Source: Centroscyllium fabricii
Lineage: Eukaryota
Assembly (NCBI GenBank): GCA_051313645.2
Contig: JBNRSN020000029.1
Span: forward strand, 40,920,001-40,984,000
Reading direction: 5' to 3'
DNA: 64,000 bases
A program made the position numbers and the translations under genes. The stretch's first letter is position 1. Each line of letters starts with the position of its first letter. The notes under the pieces are model-generated. The model saw nothing but the letters and a program-made list of their open reading frames with translations. It searched no databases and had not been told where the DNA came from. Shown piece after piece: positions 49,690 through 61,987 of this stretch.

Positions 49690-50760
49690 AATATCAGCGG
49701 TCCAAGGTCTGATCATCCTGCTACACTGTATAGCTAACACCCACTATCTGCTTCCTGTCTGATCCACTATGCTACCTGTCCTCTGACTCGACATGCTCTG
49801 TCCTTATTCAGTACTACTTTATGTGGGAACTTATCGAAGGTTTTCTGAAAATCTGGATCTAATACTTCTACTGAGTTAGTATTGTCTACACTCTCTGTTA
49901 CCTCTTCAAAGAATTCAATGATATTGGTCAAGCAAGTTATTCACTTTAAAAAATCATGCCATCTCTTTATTATTATAGATTTACTTCTAGCTGTTTTCTT
50001 TTTTTTATCGTTTTGTAGGAATTGAATTATCTTCCCTACCACTGATGTTAAGCTGAGTAGTCTGTAGCTCCCTGGACATGTTCTATCTTCCTTCTTAAAT
50101 ACAGATATAACTTTAGTTATCCGACAGTCGCTTTCGCTAAAAAAAAATCTGATTTATTAATAAATATGTGTAATACTGCCTGTGCTATATCCTCGCTGGA
50201 TTATTTTTAAATGGAGGGATCCAATCCGTCCAGACCAGAGGGTTTACCCTCTTTGAGTTTGTTTAGTTGTATTTTATTTCTGTTCTTTTTTAAATTTTAA
50301 ATGCTGTTATATAATTTCCATTCTCATCTTTTCATATCATATCTACCTGATCCATCTCCCTACTGGAGTAAAGTAATGATTTAATCTGTCTGCCATTTCG
50401 CAGCCGCTGCCTGTGATTTTATCCCATCTGTCACTTCCTCCCCCTATTTCCGTCCCGATTTTCTATTTTTAATTAACATGCCTATCGAATAATTCACTAT
50501 TTTCTTTTTCTTCCTTGATTATTTTATTCCATTATTCCTGTTTGTCTTCCTAGATATTTTCGACTTTTCTCCTAATCTCTTCTTAATTACCCGCACCATG
50601 CTTTCCCCTGCTGTACCCATACTTTGCGTATGCCTCTTTCCTTACAATTAATCAGTCTGTTATGTCCTCATTCATCTGTGATGCCTCAATCGTGTTTAAT
50701 ACTCCATGTTTTAGTGGAATATTTTCGCCATATACTTAGTGGAAAACTTTTGTAAATGTA
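49690..50760 (-). mobile_element. Very old CR1-type RT fragment
   Basis: Antisense LDFQKTFDKVPH-like and CLTN..EFFEEVT remnants. Confidence 0.7.
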
Positions 50761-50774
50761 CTCATTGATATACA

Positions 50775-51205
50775 AGGACGACTTGAACAACCTACCACTA
50801 ACCTGTCTCAAATCAAAAAGGCCGTTTGGACCATTGCCGAACCCCTTCAGTGATCCCCCTCAGCCTTGGTGACCGATGGCGAAATCGTTGGAAGAATTAT
50901 GACATAGGGAATGTATACCTTACAGAGGAACTCACAATAAACCTTGAAGATTCAAAACTTCCTTGTAAACGGTGGACAACCATCAGCTGCCTCAAAGCGG
51001 TCACGGTAGATGCTGCCACATTTTGCTTAGATGTAAGTTTAAACCATCCACATCAAGAGACTTTCGAGCTCCTAATCAGACCGTGGAGCACGTCGTTTAT
51101 AACTGCCCTCAGAGGAAATTTGCAGGCTGCCTACAATACATCAACTCTGTTACTCCAGAAGATTTGGTCTGGATATTTAACTTAAATATTGACATTTGAT
51201 GTGCT
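50775..51205 (+). mobile_element. 3' end of an Ingi/Vingi-like LINE (CCHC knuckle region)
   Basis: LPCKRWTTI / SGHGRC..APNQTVEHVVYNCPQRKF across a frameshift. Confidence 0.55.
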
Positions 51206-51224
51206 TTGCTACTACTTATGGCAC

Positions 51225-54200
51225 GCCAGAATTCCAAGAGTGACGCAGGCAAGTGGAAGCAGCTGATTGCTATGTACCGCCAGGTGAGTATTTATATTAA
51301 TCTACAGTTTGACAGTTAAGGCTAACAGTTTTGAAAGGTTAGAAGGTCTTAATATCAGTGCTTATGGTTTCTCCGGTCTCTGTTGTGTATCGGGGAATGA
51401 TACTAACCAACGGCCTTGAGTATTTCATTTAATTGTAGTGTAATTGGTGGTATTGATTTGATTTAAGTTAATTCCAATTAATTGAAGGGTAAGTCAACAC
51501 AGCACCGCTGGGCCCCTTGGGCATACTCCTCATGCACGAAATGGCAAATCAGGGACATTTCCTGTGTCCCTGACGACCATGTGTGTGGGAAGTGTATCCA
51601 GCTGCAGCTGCTGGCAGACCGCATTGTGGTGTTGGAGCTGCGAATGGAAATATACTGGAGCATTCGCGATGCTGAAGATGTCATGGGTATCATGATTAAT
51701 CAGTTGGTCACACCACATGTAAAAGCTGCAAAGGAGGAAGGGTATGTGTGACCGTCAGGCAGAGTAGTAGGATCAGGCAGGTAGTGCAGGGTCCCCTGTG
51801 GACAACCCCACTCCAAACAGATATACCGCTTTGGATATTGTTGAGGGAGATGGCTTATTGGGGGAAGGCAGCAGCAGCCAACTTCCTGGTACCGTGGGTG
51901 GTCCTGCTGCACAGGACGGGACGAAGGCGAGTGGGAGATGTATATTGATAGGGGATTCTATTTTAAGGGGAATAGATAGCCGTTTCTGTGGCCAAAAATG
52001 AGACTACAGGATGGTATGTTGCCTCCCTGGTGCAAGGGTCAAGAATGTCTCAGAGCGGCTGCAGATCATTCTGGAGGGGGAGGGTTAACGGCCAGTTCTC
52101 GTGGTGCATATAGGTATCAACGCAATAATAAGAAATTGGGATAAGTTCCTAAAAGCTGAATACAGGGAGTTAGGAGGTAAATTGATAAATAGGACCACTA
52201 AGGTAGTAATCTCAGCATTGCTGCCAGAGCCACGTGCTAGTCAGAGTAGAAATTGAAGGATATTTCTGAAGAATGCGTGGCGAGAGGAATGGTGCTTGGG
52301 GGAGGAATTCAAATTCCTGGGACATTGGAACCGATTCTGGGAGAGGTGGGACCAGTACAAACTGGATAGTTTCCACCTGCGCAGGATCGGGATCGATGTC
52401 CAAATGGGAGTGTTTACTGATGCTGCTGGGACGGGTTTAAGCTAAAATGGCAGGTGATTGGGAACCTGTGCAGGAGACAGAGGAAAGTGAAACAAGGATA
52501 GAAGCACAAGCTAGGAAGGAGAAAAGCAAATGTGGCAGTCAGGGAAATCGAGGGTTTAAACCAAGTATGGCCACGGCAAATGATAATTCTAAAAGTTCTA
52601 ATTGTGTTAAAAAGCAAGCCTGAAGGATTTGTGTCTTAATGCAAGAAGCATTCGTAATAAGGTGTAAGAATTAACTGCGCAAATAGAGGTAAAAGGATAT
52701 GATATGATTGGAATTACGGAAACATGTCTTCACGGTGACCACGGTCGGGATCTCAACATCCAGGGGTATTCAATATTCAGGAAAGACAGGCAAAAAGGAA
52801 AAGGTGGCAGGATAGCATTGCTGGATGAAGAGTAGATTAAGACAATAGTAAGGAAAGCTATTAGCTCTGGTGATGTGGAATCTGTATGGGTAGAGCTGGG
52901 AAATTCCAAGGGGAAGAAAACATTAGTCGGAGGTGTATACATACCCCTAAACAGTAATGCTGAGTTTGGGGCTAGTACTAAACGGGAAATATAAAACACG
53001 GGCAATAAAGGCACCACATTTATCACGGGTGATTGCTGAAGTCAAGCGTAGGTCCATTGCAGTCAGAATCACTGGAATTTATAATTGGGAGACAAGAAAA
53101 ATGGCGCACCAATTAAACACATACTTTGGTTCTGTCTTCACAAAGGAGGACACAAATAACTTCCCGGAGATGTCGGGGAACATACGATTTAATGAGAGGG
53201 AGGAACTGCATGAAACCAGAATTTGTAGGGAAATAGAGTTAGGAAATTGACGGGATTGAAGGCTGATAAATCCCCAGGGCCTGATAATCTACATCCTAAT
53301 ATAATTAAAGAAGTGACCCTAGAAGTAGTAGATGCATTGCTGGTCATCTACAGATTCTGGAACAGTTTACATGCATTGGAGGGTAGCTAATGTAACCCCA
53401 CTATTCAAGAAAGGTGGTAGAGAGAAAACGGGGAATTATTATCTGGTAAGCCTGACTTATGTAGTGGGGAAAATGCTAGATTCCATTATAAAAGATGTAA
53501 TAGCAGAGCACTTGTAAAACAGTGACAGGATCGGACAAAGTAAACATGGATTTACAAAAGGTAAATCGTGCTTGACTAACCTATTGGAATATTTTGAGGA
53601 TGTAACTGGTGGAATAGATCAGGGAGAACCATTGGTTCTGGTGTATTTGGACCTTTAGAAGGCTTTCGATAAGGTCCCGCATAAGAGATTAGCGTGTAAA
53701 CTAAAGGCATATGGGATCGGAGGTAAGCTACTTACTGGGATAGATAAAGAGTTTGAATAAACGGGTCTTTTTCCAAGTGACAGGCATTGACTAGTCGGGT
53801 ACCGCAAGGATCGGTGCTAGGGCACCAGCTATTCACAATCAATATTAATGATTTAGTCGATGAACTAAATGTCATATCTCCAGGTTTGCAGATGGCATAA
53901 AGCTGGGTGGGCGTGTGTGCTGTGAGCGATATGCAGATAACCTACAGTATGATTTGGAAAGCTTGGGTGAATGAGCAGATTCAATTCATTTCAATTCAAT
54001 TCAAGTTTTATTGTCATTGCAAAGTACTAGTACAATACAACGAGACGAAGACTCGACTCTCCCTAGAGTAGTGCAAATAAATTACATGCAAATTGCATAC
54101 AGTAAAGTACATTATCAGGCGTGCAGGTACCGGAGTTTATTTTTAGAGCTCATGACAGATGCAGTACAATGCGGATAAATGCCAGGTTATCCACTTTGTT

Positions 54201-54975
54201 GGGAAAAACAGGAAGGCAGATAATTATCTGAACGACAATATATTGGAGAAGTGGAAGTGCAACGAGAGCTGTATGTCCTTGTGCACCAGTCGCTGAAGGT
54301 AAGCATGCAGGTGCAGCAGGCGGTTAAGAAAGCAAATGGTATGTTGGCCTTCGTAGCAAGAGCATTCGAGTAAAGGAGGAATTATGTATTGCTGCAGTAG
54401 TACAACGCCTTGTTGAGAGCACACCTTGAGGATTGTGTGCAATCTTGGTCGCCTTATCTGACGAAGGATGTTCTTGCCTTGGAGGGAGTGCAGCGAAAAT
54501 TCTCCAGGTTAATATTTGGCATCACAGGAATGCTGTATGACGAGAGCTTGGATCAACTGGGTTTATACTCGCTGGAGTTTAGAAGAATAAGAGGGGTTCT
54601 CATTCAAGTTATAAAAATCTAACATGACTAGACAGGCTAGATGCAGGTTGTTCTCGATGGGTGTGAGTCCAGAACCAGGGGTCGCAGTCTAAAGATAAGG
54701 GTTAAACCATTTAAGACAGAGAGGAGGAGGAATTTCTTCAGACAGAGAGTGGTGAAACTATGGAATTCCTTACCACAGAAAGCAGTTGTGGCCAATTCAA
54801 AATATATGCAAGAGGGAATTAGAAATATTTCTTAAGGCTAAAGGGATCAAGGGATACGGGAAGAAAGCAGGAACACGGTACTGTATTTGGATGATCAGCC
54901 ATGATCTCATTATATGGAGGAGCAGGCTTGAGGAGCCAAATGCCCTTCTCCTCCTCCTATCTTCTATGTTTCAAT
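51225..54975 (+). mobile_element. Near full-length degenerate CR1 (ORF1 Cys motif + SGNH esterase, ORF2 with internal deletion)
   Basis: SSC..W..VPDDHVCGKCIQLQLL, ILIGDSILRGID, APE and RT remnants, 3' tail. Confidence 0.9.
53980..54150 (-). mobile_element. Short LINE 3'-tail fragment with (TTCAA)n repeat nested in CR1
   Basis: ttcaattcatttcaattcaattcaagttttattgtcatt interrupts the RT sequence. Confidence 0.55.
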
Positions 54976-55099
54976 GTTATTTTCGATTGAAGAATAATAC
55001 TGCTATTCTATATCATTGTTTTCCAATATTGCTGTTCATTTTATTTCCTAAGGTTCTGTTCTCAGCCACTCAAAATCAGCTTTTGTCCAATCTATTAGC

Positions 55100-55900
55100 C
55101 TAGTATTTGTCATGCTTGTTTCATTCACAATTATTACCTCAACGTGCTTTATATCATGGTCACGATTGCTTGATGTTCCCCCTACCTTTACTTCTCTTAC
55201 CTGTTCTTGTTCATTCTCCATTACTAGATCCAGCAGTGAATCTTACATTATTGAGCGTCTTCCATGCAGGTTCGATAGGCGTCCTGCACACATTGCAGGA
55301 GCTCCATTCCATTAACACCTTTATGTAATTCTACTGACCGGGGTATTGACCACCACCTTATTATTATTATTCTGTTTGCTGTTACTCATTTCCCTAATTT
55401 GTTAGCATATTTCTTCCTCTATCTCCCTTCCACTCTTCGGTGGTCTTTAGTCGACTTCATATTAGTGTGATTAATCCTTTATTATCTTAAATCTCTATAC
55501 ACAGTGATTCTATTTCTGTCTTATTGCGTTACTTTTTTACACTGCCATTGTGTTATCTCCAGTATCTACATGTATTACCTCTCCCATTTATTCCGCTATG
55601 CCTTTTCTTAGTATATTATACATGTAATGTTTAATTCAGAGTCTTGATTTATCAGCAGCCCTGTCTCAGTAATCCCTACTTTCTCAGTTTCCTCGCAATA
55701 TATTAGTACCTTCACGTCCTTTGTTTTATTCCAGTCATTTTGTGCTTTGCTGTGCAGATAGTTTAACTCATTTTAATAATAGTGCCTCACAATTTATCAT
55801 TAACCGTATTTTTACACTACTATTCTACAATTCTATTTATTCCATCGCAAGTGATGTCCGTCCTTACTTTAGTTTGTCCTATGCACTCATTTCCATTTTC
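55100..55900 (-). mobile_element. Old CR1-type APE endonuclease fragment
   Basis: Antisense remnants of LLDLV, SNRDHDI and AITET-like motifs. Confidence 0.6.
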
Positions 55901-56080
55901 GTTTATATTTAGACATGCTTCACTTCTTGTCAGTACCTCCCCTCCGTATGGCCTGGTAATAACCTTCGCCACCTCCTTATTTATAATTTACACAAGGGCA
56001 CACGTATTTTATTTCCCAAATAAACATAAACGACTGTTCTGGTTCCTTGGTTCAATTTGAAGTTGTAATTAATTACTTAC

Positions 56081-56107
56081 TGCTCGCTTTAAGAAGTTTG
56101 TTGCGTT
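56081..56107 (-). CDS. 27-nt phase-1 micro-exon (ERNKLLKAS)
   Basis: ttctttttttattcccatactcattag|AACGCAACAAACTTCTTAAAGCGAGCA|gtaagt. Confidence 0.7.
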
Positions 56108-56429
56108 CTAATGAGTATGGGAATAAAAAAAGAACACGGGTAATAAATAATAAGATATAAAAAGTAAATTTCACTTCAATTATATTATACCAAGGATAAT
56201 CACTCAAAGTAAATAAAATATCTAATCTGGCCAGGATTTTTCACAAATCATAAGAAAATGTAGCCTGAACTAATTGAGTTTCTAACTTTTCCGAACTTGC
56301 AATATATTGCTGAGATGCCTGTAATATTACCAAATTAATATATGTCTGTAAGAAGCACGGTGCTTGCAATGAAATCTTGGATGTTTATGTGTGCTGAAAC
56401 ATTAGATAATAATGGATTGGTAACGTGAT

Positions 56430-57150
56430 TTCAGCTACAGTCGTGATTTTGCTCTACCTAGCCAGGCGGGAAAACCAAGGTTCGAAGCCGGTTTCACATC
56501 CGCCCATTTATAAAAAACCAGGCACGGATAAAACCAACATTGCGACCGATGCCGTCAGTTTCCCAACATGGGCTTGGGTTAAAATTGCCACAGATCAGGA
56601 TATTGGTTCTAGTACTAGACCCGCATCAGAACAATATTGAATGAAGAGAGAAGGTATGTAACAGGTGTTGCCATGAGGCAAGTTTAGCTTTCGAGTTGAA
56701 TAGGTATTAAAAATAGAAACACATTGGCAGGACTTTTCAGAGTTAAGATAGGGTGGGTTGCTCGCAAGGGTGCAAGTGAAAGTTGAAACGAGCACAACTT
56801 GCCTCCAAGCCGCCTGCTTTCACCTTTTATTCAGACAGTAGGCGGGGGTGGTGCAAGCGGGCTGCCAACCCGCTGCCAGGAGGCGGGTTAGCAAAATAAA
56901 TATTATAATGTTGCCTAAAGTCCCTGCTTTGCCGGTTTTATTGCAAGCGGGCGCGGATCCCGGGCTCGAGATTCCCGCAGTTTGCACTGAAGTGGCCGCA
57001 GCCTCGAGGAGCAATGCTTGCAGTCCAGGAGCAGCGGACGTGCTTCCTCTAGCACTGTAGCTCCCCCCCCATCAGCTTGACCCTCCCCGGCATCAGGGTT
57101 CGGTAGTCCCCGTGATCGGACCTACCCCCCACCCAACTTTGGACAACTCC
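56430..57150. mobile_element. GC-rich MITE-like remnants
   Basis: Inverted GC-rich motifs (ggcggg..cccgc, aaaattgcc) like other DNA elements in the window. Confidence 0.4.
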
Positions 57151-57169
57151 CTCCACGGGGATCACGTCT

Positions 57170-58470
57170 CCTTCAAGTATTTATCTTATTCCCCGTTAAA
57201 AGCTACTATTGAATTTCTATTCACTTCTCCAGGCACAGCATACCAAATCAGAGACAATCTTGCCTTTAATTAAAAACCTTAATTTCGCCTCTGGTTCTTT
57301 GGTCAACCTCCTCAACCTGTGCGCTCTGGTTATCGATCCTTCAGCCATTGTAAAAAAATTTTTTCATTTAATCTGTTTAATCCCTTCATGATTTTATCAT
57401 CATCTATTAAATCACGTAATCGCCTCCTCTGCTCCTATCTTCTATATTTCTATGTTTCTCCAATTGAGTCATGTAACTGTAATCCTTTAAACCTAGTTCA
57501 AATTTGTAAGTATCTTCTGCTCCTCTCCAAAGATTTCAGGTCCTTCCTAACGTGTAATGCCCAGAATATAGTACAAAGAAGCAGCTGGGGCGAAATTAAT
57601 GTTTTATACAGTTTCAGCATACATTCCTGACGTTAAAAAAAAGCTTTTCTAGCCGGCCCTGCTACGTTCAGAGATATGTTCACAAATAACCATAGGACTC
57701 AGTGTTCATGCATCCCCTTTAAAATTGTAACATTTAGCTTGCATGGTCTCTCCTCATTCTTCGTACCCAAATGTATCACTTCACACTTTTCTGCATTGAA
57801 TTTCATCTGCCACAATCCGCCCATTCCCCTAGCCTGCCTATGTCCTCTTGAGGTTAATTGCTCACTAACTCCCTCACTGTTTATTACTCTTCCAAGTTTC
57901 GTGTCTTCTGCAAATTTAGAAGTTGTTTCCTGTACCTTCAAGGATAAATCGTTGATTTTCTCAAAAACAGCAGCAGTCCTTGTCCTGGAACTTGGGGAAC
58001 ACCACAGTGTACCACACTTCAGTCTGAAACACAGCCATCCATCACAACTCTCTGTATCCTATCAATTAGCCAATTATGCATCCATGCCGCTGCTGCTGCC
58101 CCTTTTATCTCATGAGCTACAGTTTTAAGTGCTTCCTTACCAAACGCCTTTTGAAAGGCCATACACGAAACATAAGCTGCACTGATCTCCTCCACCATTC
58201 CTGTTACCTGATCAAAATCTCAATCAATTTAAACAAACACGATTTGCTCTTCAAAACTCCGTGCTGGCTCTCTTTATTACCTGTCCATGTGGCTATTAAT
58301 ATTCCCCCTGCCTTTGTTTCTATAAGATTCCCTGCCAGCGAGCTTAAATGACAGGCCAATAATTGCCAGATTTATCCTTCATCCCTTGTTTGAACCAATA
58401 TCTGAAGTTAGCAAACCTCCAGTCCTCGAACACCACCCCTATATCTCAGGGGGTTTGAACGATTTTGGTC
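57170..58470 (-). mobile_element. Old CR1 RT / 3' fragment
   Basis: SKFAEDTKLG..WQMKFNAEKCEVIH. Confidence 0.85.
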
Positions 58471-59276
58471 AGCAGCTGTTGTAGAATTTTTGTCCACTAT
58501 TTTCAAAGAGGGATTACTTTATTTTATAATCATTGGGCCAGTAATTGACCTTGTGCAGTAGTGCAAATCCGTCAGGAGCGGATCGGATGGCCGTTATATG
58601 GCCCCTCCTATTCCATTCCATCAACTGTACTGGCACTGAATAGCTGGCAGTGTGTATAGAGGCATCACATTCAAACCTCTACAAGTTGCATTGCCGCCCA
58701 AAACGACGTTCTTCCCCACTGAATACAAACAATTTTAATTTTCCAACATTGTTCACAGCTAACTGCAGCCTTCATGCTTAAAAAACAATAATCGGCAGTT
58801 AAAAATTAAAGTGTTAAATGAAGGCCGTTATATTAATTTGAACCAAACCAAAATATGAAGGTTTTATTAAGGCTGTTGACATTTTGCTGTGCCGGAATGA
58901 TTCACTTGCATTTAAGGTCTTATGGGATTAAGTGAAATATTGCACCATTAAATGATGGACAGCATTTTCAATGATAACTGGTAAAGATTTCCACATGCTG
59001 CTATGTAGATAACATAGCAAACATCAAGTTACCACCTCACAAGGTAATATCACGATAAGGTAGGCGTAACAATAGGATAACAGTAAAACCTGAAATTATC
59101 ATGAAAAAATAAAACATTATGAATATACGACATAAGATTCAAAACAACGAAATGTCGCAGATTGCAATTATCTTTAGACCAATTTCTAGACGCAAAGAAT
59201 GAATGCATGTCAGAGTGCCGAACGACGAAACGTCCATCACTGGCCCGTTAAGTTCACCTACAGGTATATCCGGTAC

Positions 59277-59315
59277 CTGGGCCACCATTTTGTAATCTCA
59301 CTCTTCTTCGGGCTC
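59277..59315 (-). CDS. Candidate 39-nt phase-1 micro-exon (GARRRVRLQNGGP)
   Basis: tgttacag|GAGCCC..GCCCAG|gtaccg; 73-nt intron from the exon at 59389. Confidence 0.4.
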
Positions 59316-59388
59316 CTGTAACATTTAATATTAATAGTGTATTCAAGGCGTGTAAATAAATAAATAATAAAACGCAGAAAGTGTTTAC

Positions 59389-59412
59389 CTATACATTGTT
59401 CCTCTTGCTCGG
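59389..59412 (-). CDS. 24-nt phase-1 micro-exon (xEQEEQCI)
   Basis: ctgattttgttctgtcgtatcacag|CCGAGCAAGAGGAACAATGTATAG|gtaaac; branch-like CTGAT. Confidence 0.5.
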   Translation of the reverse strand, partial: PSKRNNV

Positions 59413-59515
59413 CTGTGATACGACAGAACAAAATCAGGTTACATCTACTAACAATGTGCCAACAAAACAGAACTGTGTTTTGGGGTATATGCATCGCTTT
59501 GGAAAATAATAACAA

Positions 59516-59559
59516 ATGTAAATGTGTGTGTATACGTATGTAAATGTGTGTGTATACGT
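59516..59559. repeat. 22-bp tandem duplication
   Basis: atgtaaatgtgtgtgtatacgt x2. Confidence 0.9.
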
Positions 59560-59681
59560 ATAACACGATTGGAGTGGGAATATCCTGTACATACTAAAGT
59601 GCTATGTACATACTTCACAAGATAAATTAAGATTCTGTTGATTCTGCACAATGACGTAAATCAACCCCATTAAGGATTAAT

Positions 59682-60432
59682 GGCCCCAAAATTAGGGTGA
59701 CCGTGGGCCGTTCTGGAGCCACTTACTCACGCGTGTGGGCTCCAAATGCAGGAAGACACTTTTTCCCGGAGCTACCTGCAATTTCGATGAAGGCCAGTGG
59801 GGGATCGTGAGCTGCAGCGAGCTGCAGTGCATTCGCCTGCGCACCACGAGGTGCGCAGTGGAATTCCAATTTTTGCTTAGAGTTTTTTTAACTGTGTAAG
59901 TATCGGGAAAGTTACTCTGAAAAAACTCAGCTGTAACGATCCCTTTTTATCAGGTAAGTGTTTAATTTTATAAAATGTAATTTTTTTTACAGGGTTTTAT
60001 TTTTTTTTAACTTTAAAGACAGGGAAGTATTTTATCGGCCCGTTAAAAACCTTAAATTTATTTTCTTTTTTTTCTTTAAAATAGGTAATTTGTGTTAGTT
60101 AGAGTATTGTTAAAAATGTGGTGTTTTTAATTTAATTTTTGTGTTTAGATGTGTTTTTGAAGCTCTTCCTTTTCATAACTTACACAGATTTCCCCGTGTA
60201 AGTTATGAATGGAGGATTGCTCCCATTCATTGGCGCCCTGCAGATCACGTGGTGCCACACGAGATCTTCCACTAACTACGACGTTGAGTTACACCAGCGC
60301 GGCACCTGGAGCCTGCAGCAGGTTTCCAAATCGGGATTTCACATCCCAGAATTGCAGAACGGCAGGAGCGCAGGGTAAGGGTACCTTGGAGGCTTACACT
60401 CGCAGGAAGGCTCCGAGGCTAATTTTTGGGCC
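59682..60432. mobile_element. Harbinger-like MITE (~750 bp) with AAT target duplication
   Basis: aat-ggccccaaaattag ... ctaatttttgggcc-aat. Confidence 0.85.
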
Positions 60433-61098
60433 AATATGTTGACCTTTTTGTAAGATAAAATAACGTGCCACTGGCAATAAATGAACAGTGCAAGCTTCCT
60501 GGAGATCTGGAAGAAATTCGTCCATGCTTCCCGCTGCTGGTGGTGTAATCGTTATCGTTCATGTTGCGCTCTCTTTCAAGACAATATTTATCCCCTGAGT
60601 TGTCTCTCTTATGACCTATAAACGTGCTGTTCATCTAGATTTTCAACACATTCATGAAGAACATGTCTCCAGTTTCGTTACATACAGCCCGTTAAATGGG
60701 AAATCGTCTCCGGCCGCTAAGTAAGTACATTGTAACAGAAAGTGTTTTGATTTCTCCAAAACGTACAGTGATCAAAAGTACTCCCTCCTCCAACATTTAT
60801 AAGTGTGCTGACACATAGCTATCAATACAATCTTAGAAATCTTTGCTGCTATGCTTAAGTAGCGGTTGCGCATCAGAATCACTCAAAGAGGTTGCACTGA
60901 CCCATCGCTATCCGACAGGTGCTATCATTGCTAGGGCAAGGAGAAAGCATGAGTCCATGAAGTAGGAGTACTTGCTGCACCAATGAGAAGGGGCGACGTT
61001 GAAAATTCAGGAAGACTATCATCTCTCCCCGGAACAACCAGCGGGTCCAGCTGAACCACACATGGGCCGCTCTGAATTTTCTGCCCACACTCGCTCAC

Positions 61099-61160
61099 AC
61101 GCCGATTTAGGGCTGCCAATGGCACAGGAGCCCGATCGTTATATGTAAATGATGCCATCG
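61099..61160 (-). CDS. Candidate exon (AMASFTYNDRAPVPLAALNR), 60 or 62 nt depending on donor
   Basis: tgactgtttcatattcccag|CGATGG..; donor gtgtga or gtgagc; 81-nt intron from the exon at 61242. Confidence 0.4.
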
Positions 61161-61241
61161 CTGGGAATATGAAACAGTCATGCCGTAGTTGGCAAAGCAA
61201 CTCCCTAACTTAATAATGAAATGGTATAATCTCTACTTTAC

Positions 61242-61268
61242 CTGTATATTTCCCTTTGGATCCCTCTA
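61242..61268 (-). CDS. 24/27-nt phase-1 micro-exon with NAGNAG acceptor (xEGSKGKYT)
   Basis: ctgattttcacttccattttag|TAG|AGGGATCCAAAGGGAAATATACAG|gtaaag. Confidence 0.5.
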
Positions 61269-61413
61269 CTAAAATGGAAGTGAAAATCAGAATTTTACTG
61301 TGAACAGTCAGACAACAAGACATTGGTTACTTTGTTACACTGTGTGCTGATGCGACTATGCAGATATGCCTTGCTGGCAAGTGATTTCTGATTCTGGTTG
61401 CCAAGGAAGTGTA

Positions 61414-61448
61414 CGCAGGGAGCTCCGGCGCAGGGAGCTCCGGCGCAG
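61414..61448. repeat. 15-bp tandem duplication
   Basis: cgcagggagctccgg x2 plus cgcag. Confidence 0.9.
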
Positions 61449-61987
61449 CCATGCAATGAAGAATCATCTGCAAATTAGATCTTTTGGCACACCTAAAGAA
61501 CGAGATTGTGGACCTCTTCAAATATTGCGGATATATTTAGTAGAAATTCTGCTGTGCGCAAAACAAACCTTATTCGTCAGGAAGACGATAAAACACGGAG
61601 TAGTTGTTATCTGGAAAGTTATTCTGTAAAACATTATTGTGGTTCTCCAGAAGAGCACTTTGCAAAAAATAAAGAACGTCCGTGACTCAAGGAGGATTAG
61701 GAAGGTGAATGGATATTATAGACGAATTAACAAGAGGAAGCGGGTGCAAGTTTGATTCAATCAACAGCATATTTATAGATAAATAAACTCACAAGCTTCC
61801 TTCAACTTTTTCTGCAGTGCTTTAATTTCTGTAAAGGGAAGTCATTATAAACACAGGACTTTAGCGTTTCATTTTGAGTTTTACCTGCTTTTCACAGTTG
61901 GGAATGCAAGATGCCAAGACCAGATTGTGGCAGAGTATTGCGCTTGTACAAAACATTGCACACTTAAGCTGCAATTAGAAATCTAAT

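Noticed and set aside
60931-61200. PLAALNRRV resemblance to the MyD88 N-terminus, and VQLDP resemblance to the start of B30.2
   Set aside because: No further death-domain or PRY-SPRY motifs follow
61886-61968. 83-nt minus-strand exon-like segment
   Set aside because: Closed in phase 1, and its acceptor abuts a MITE
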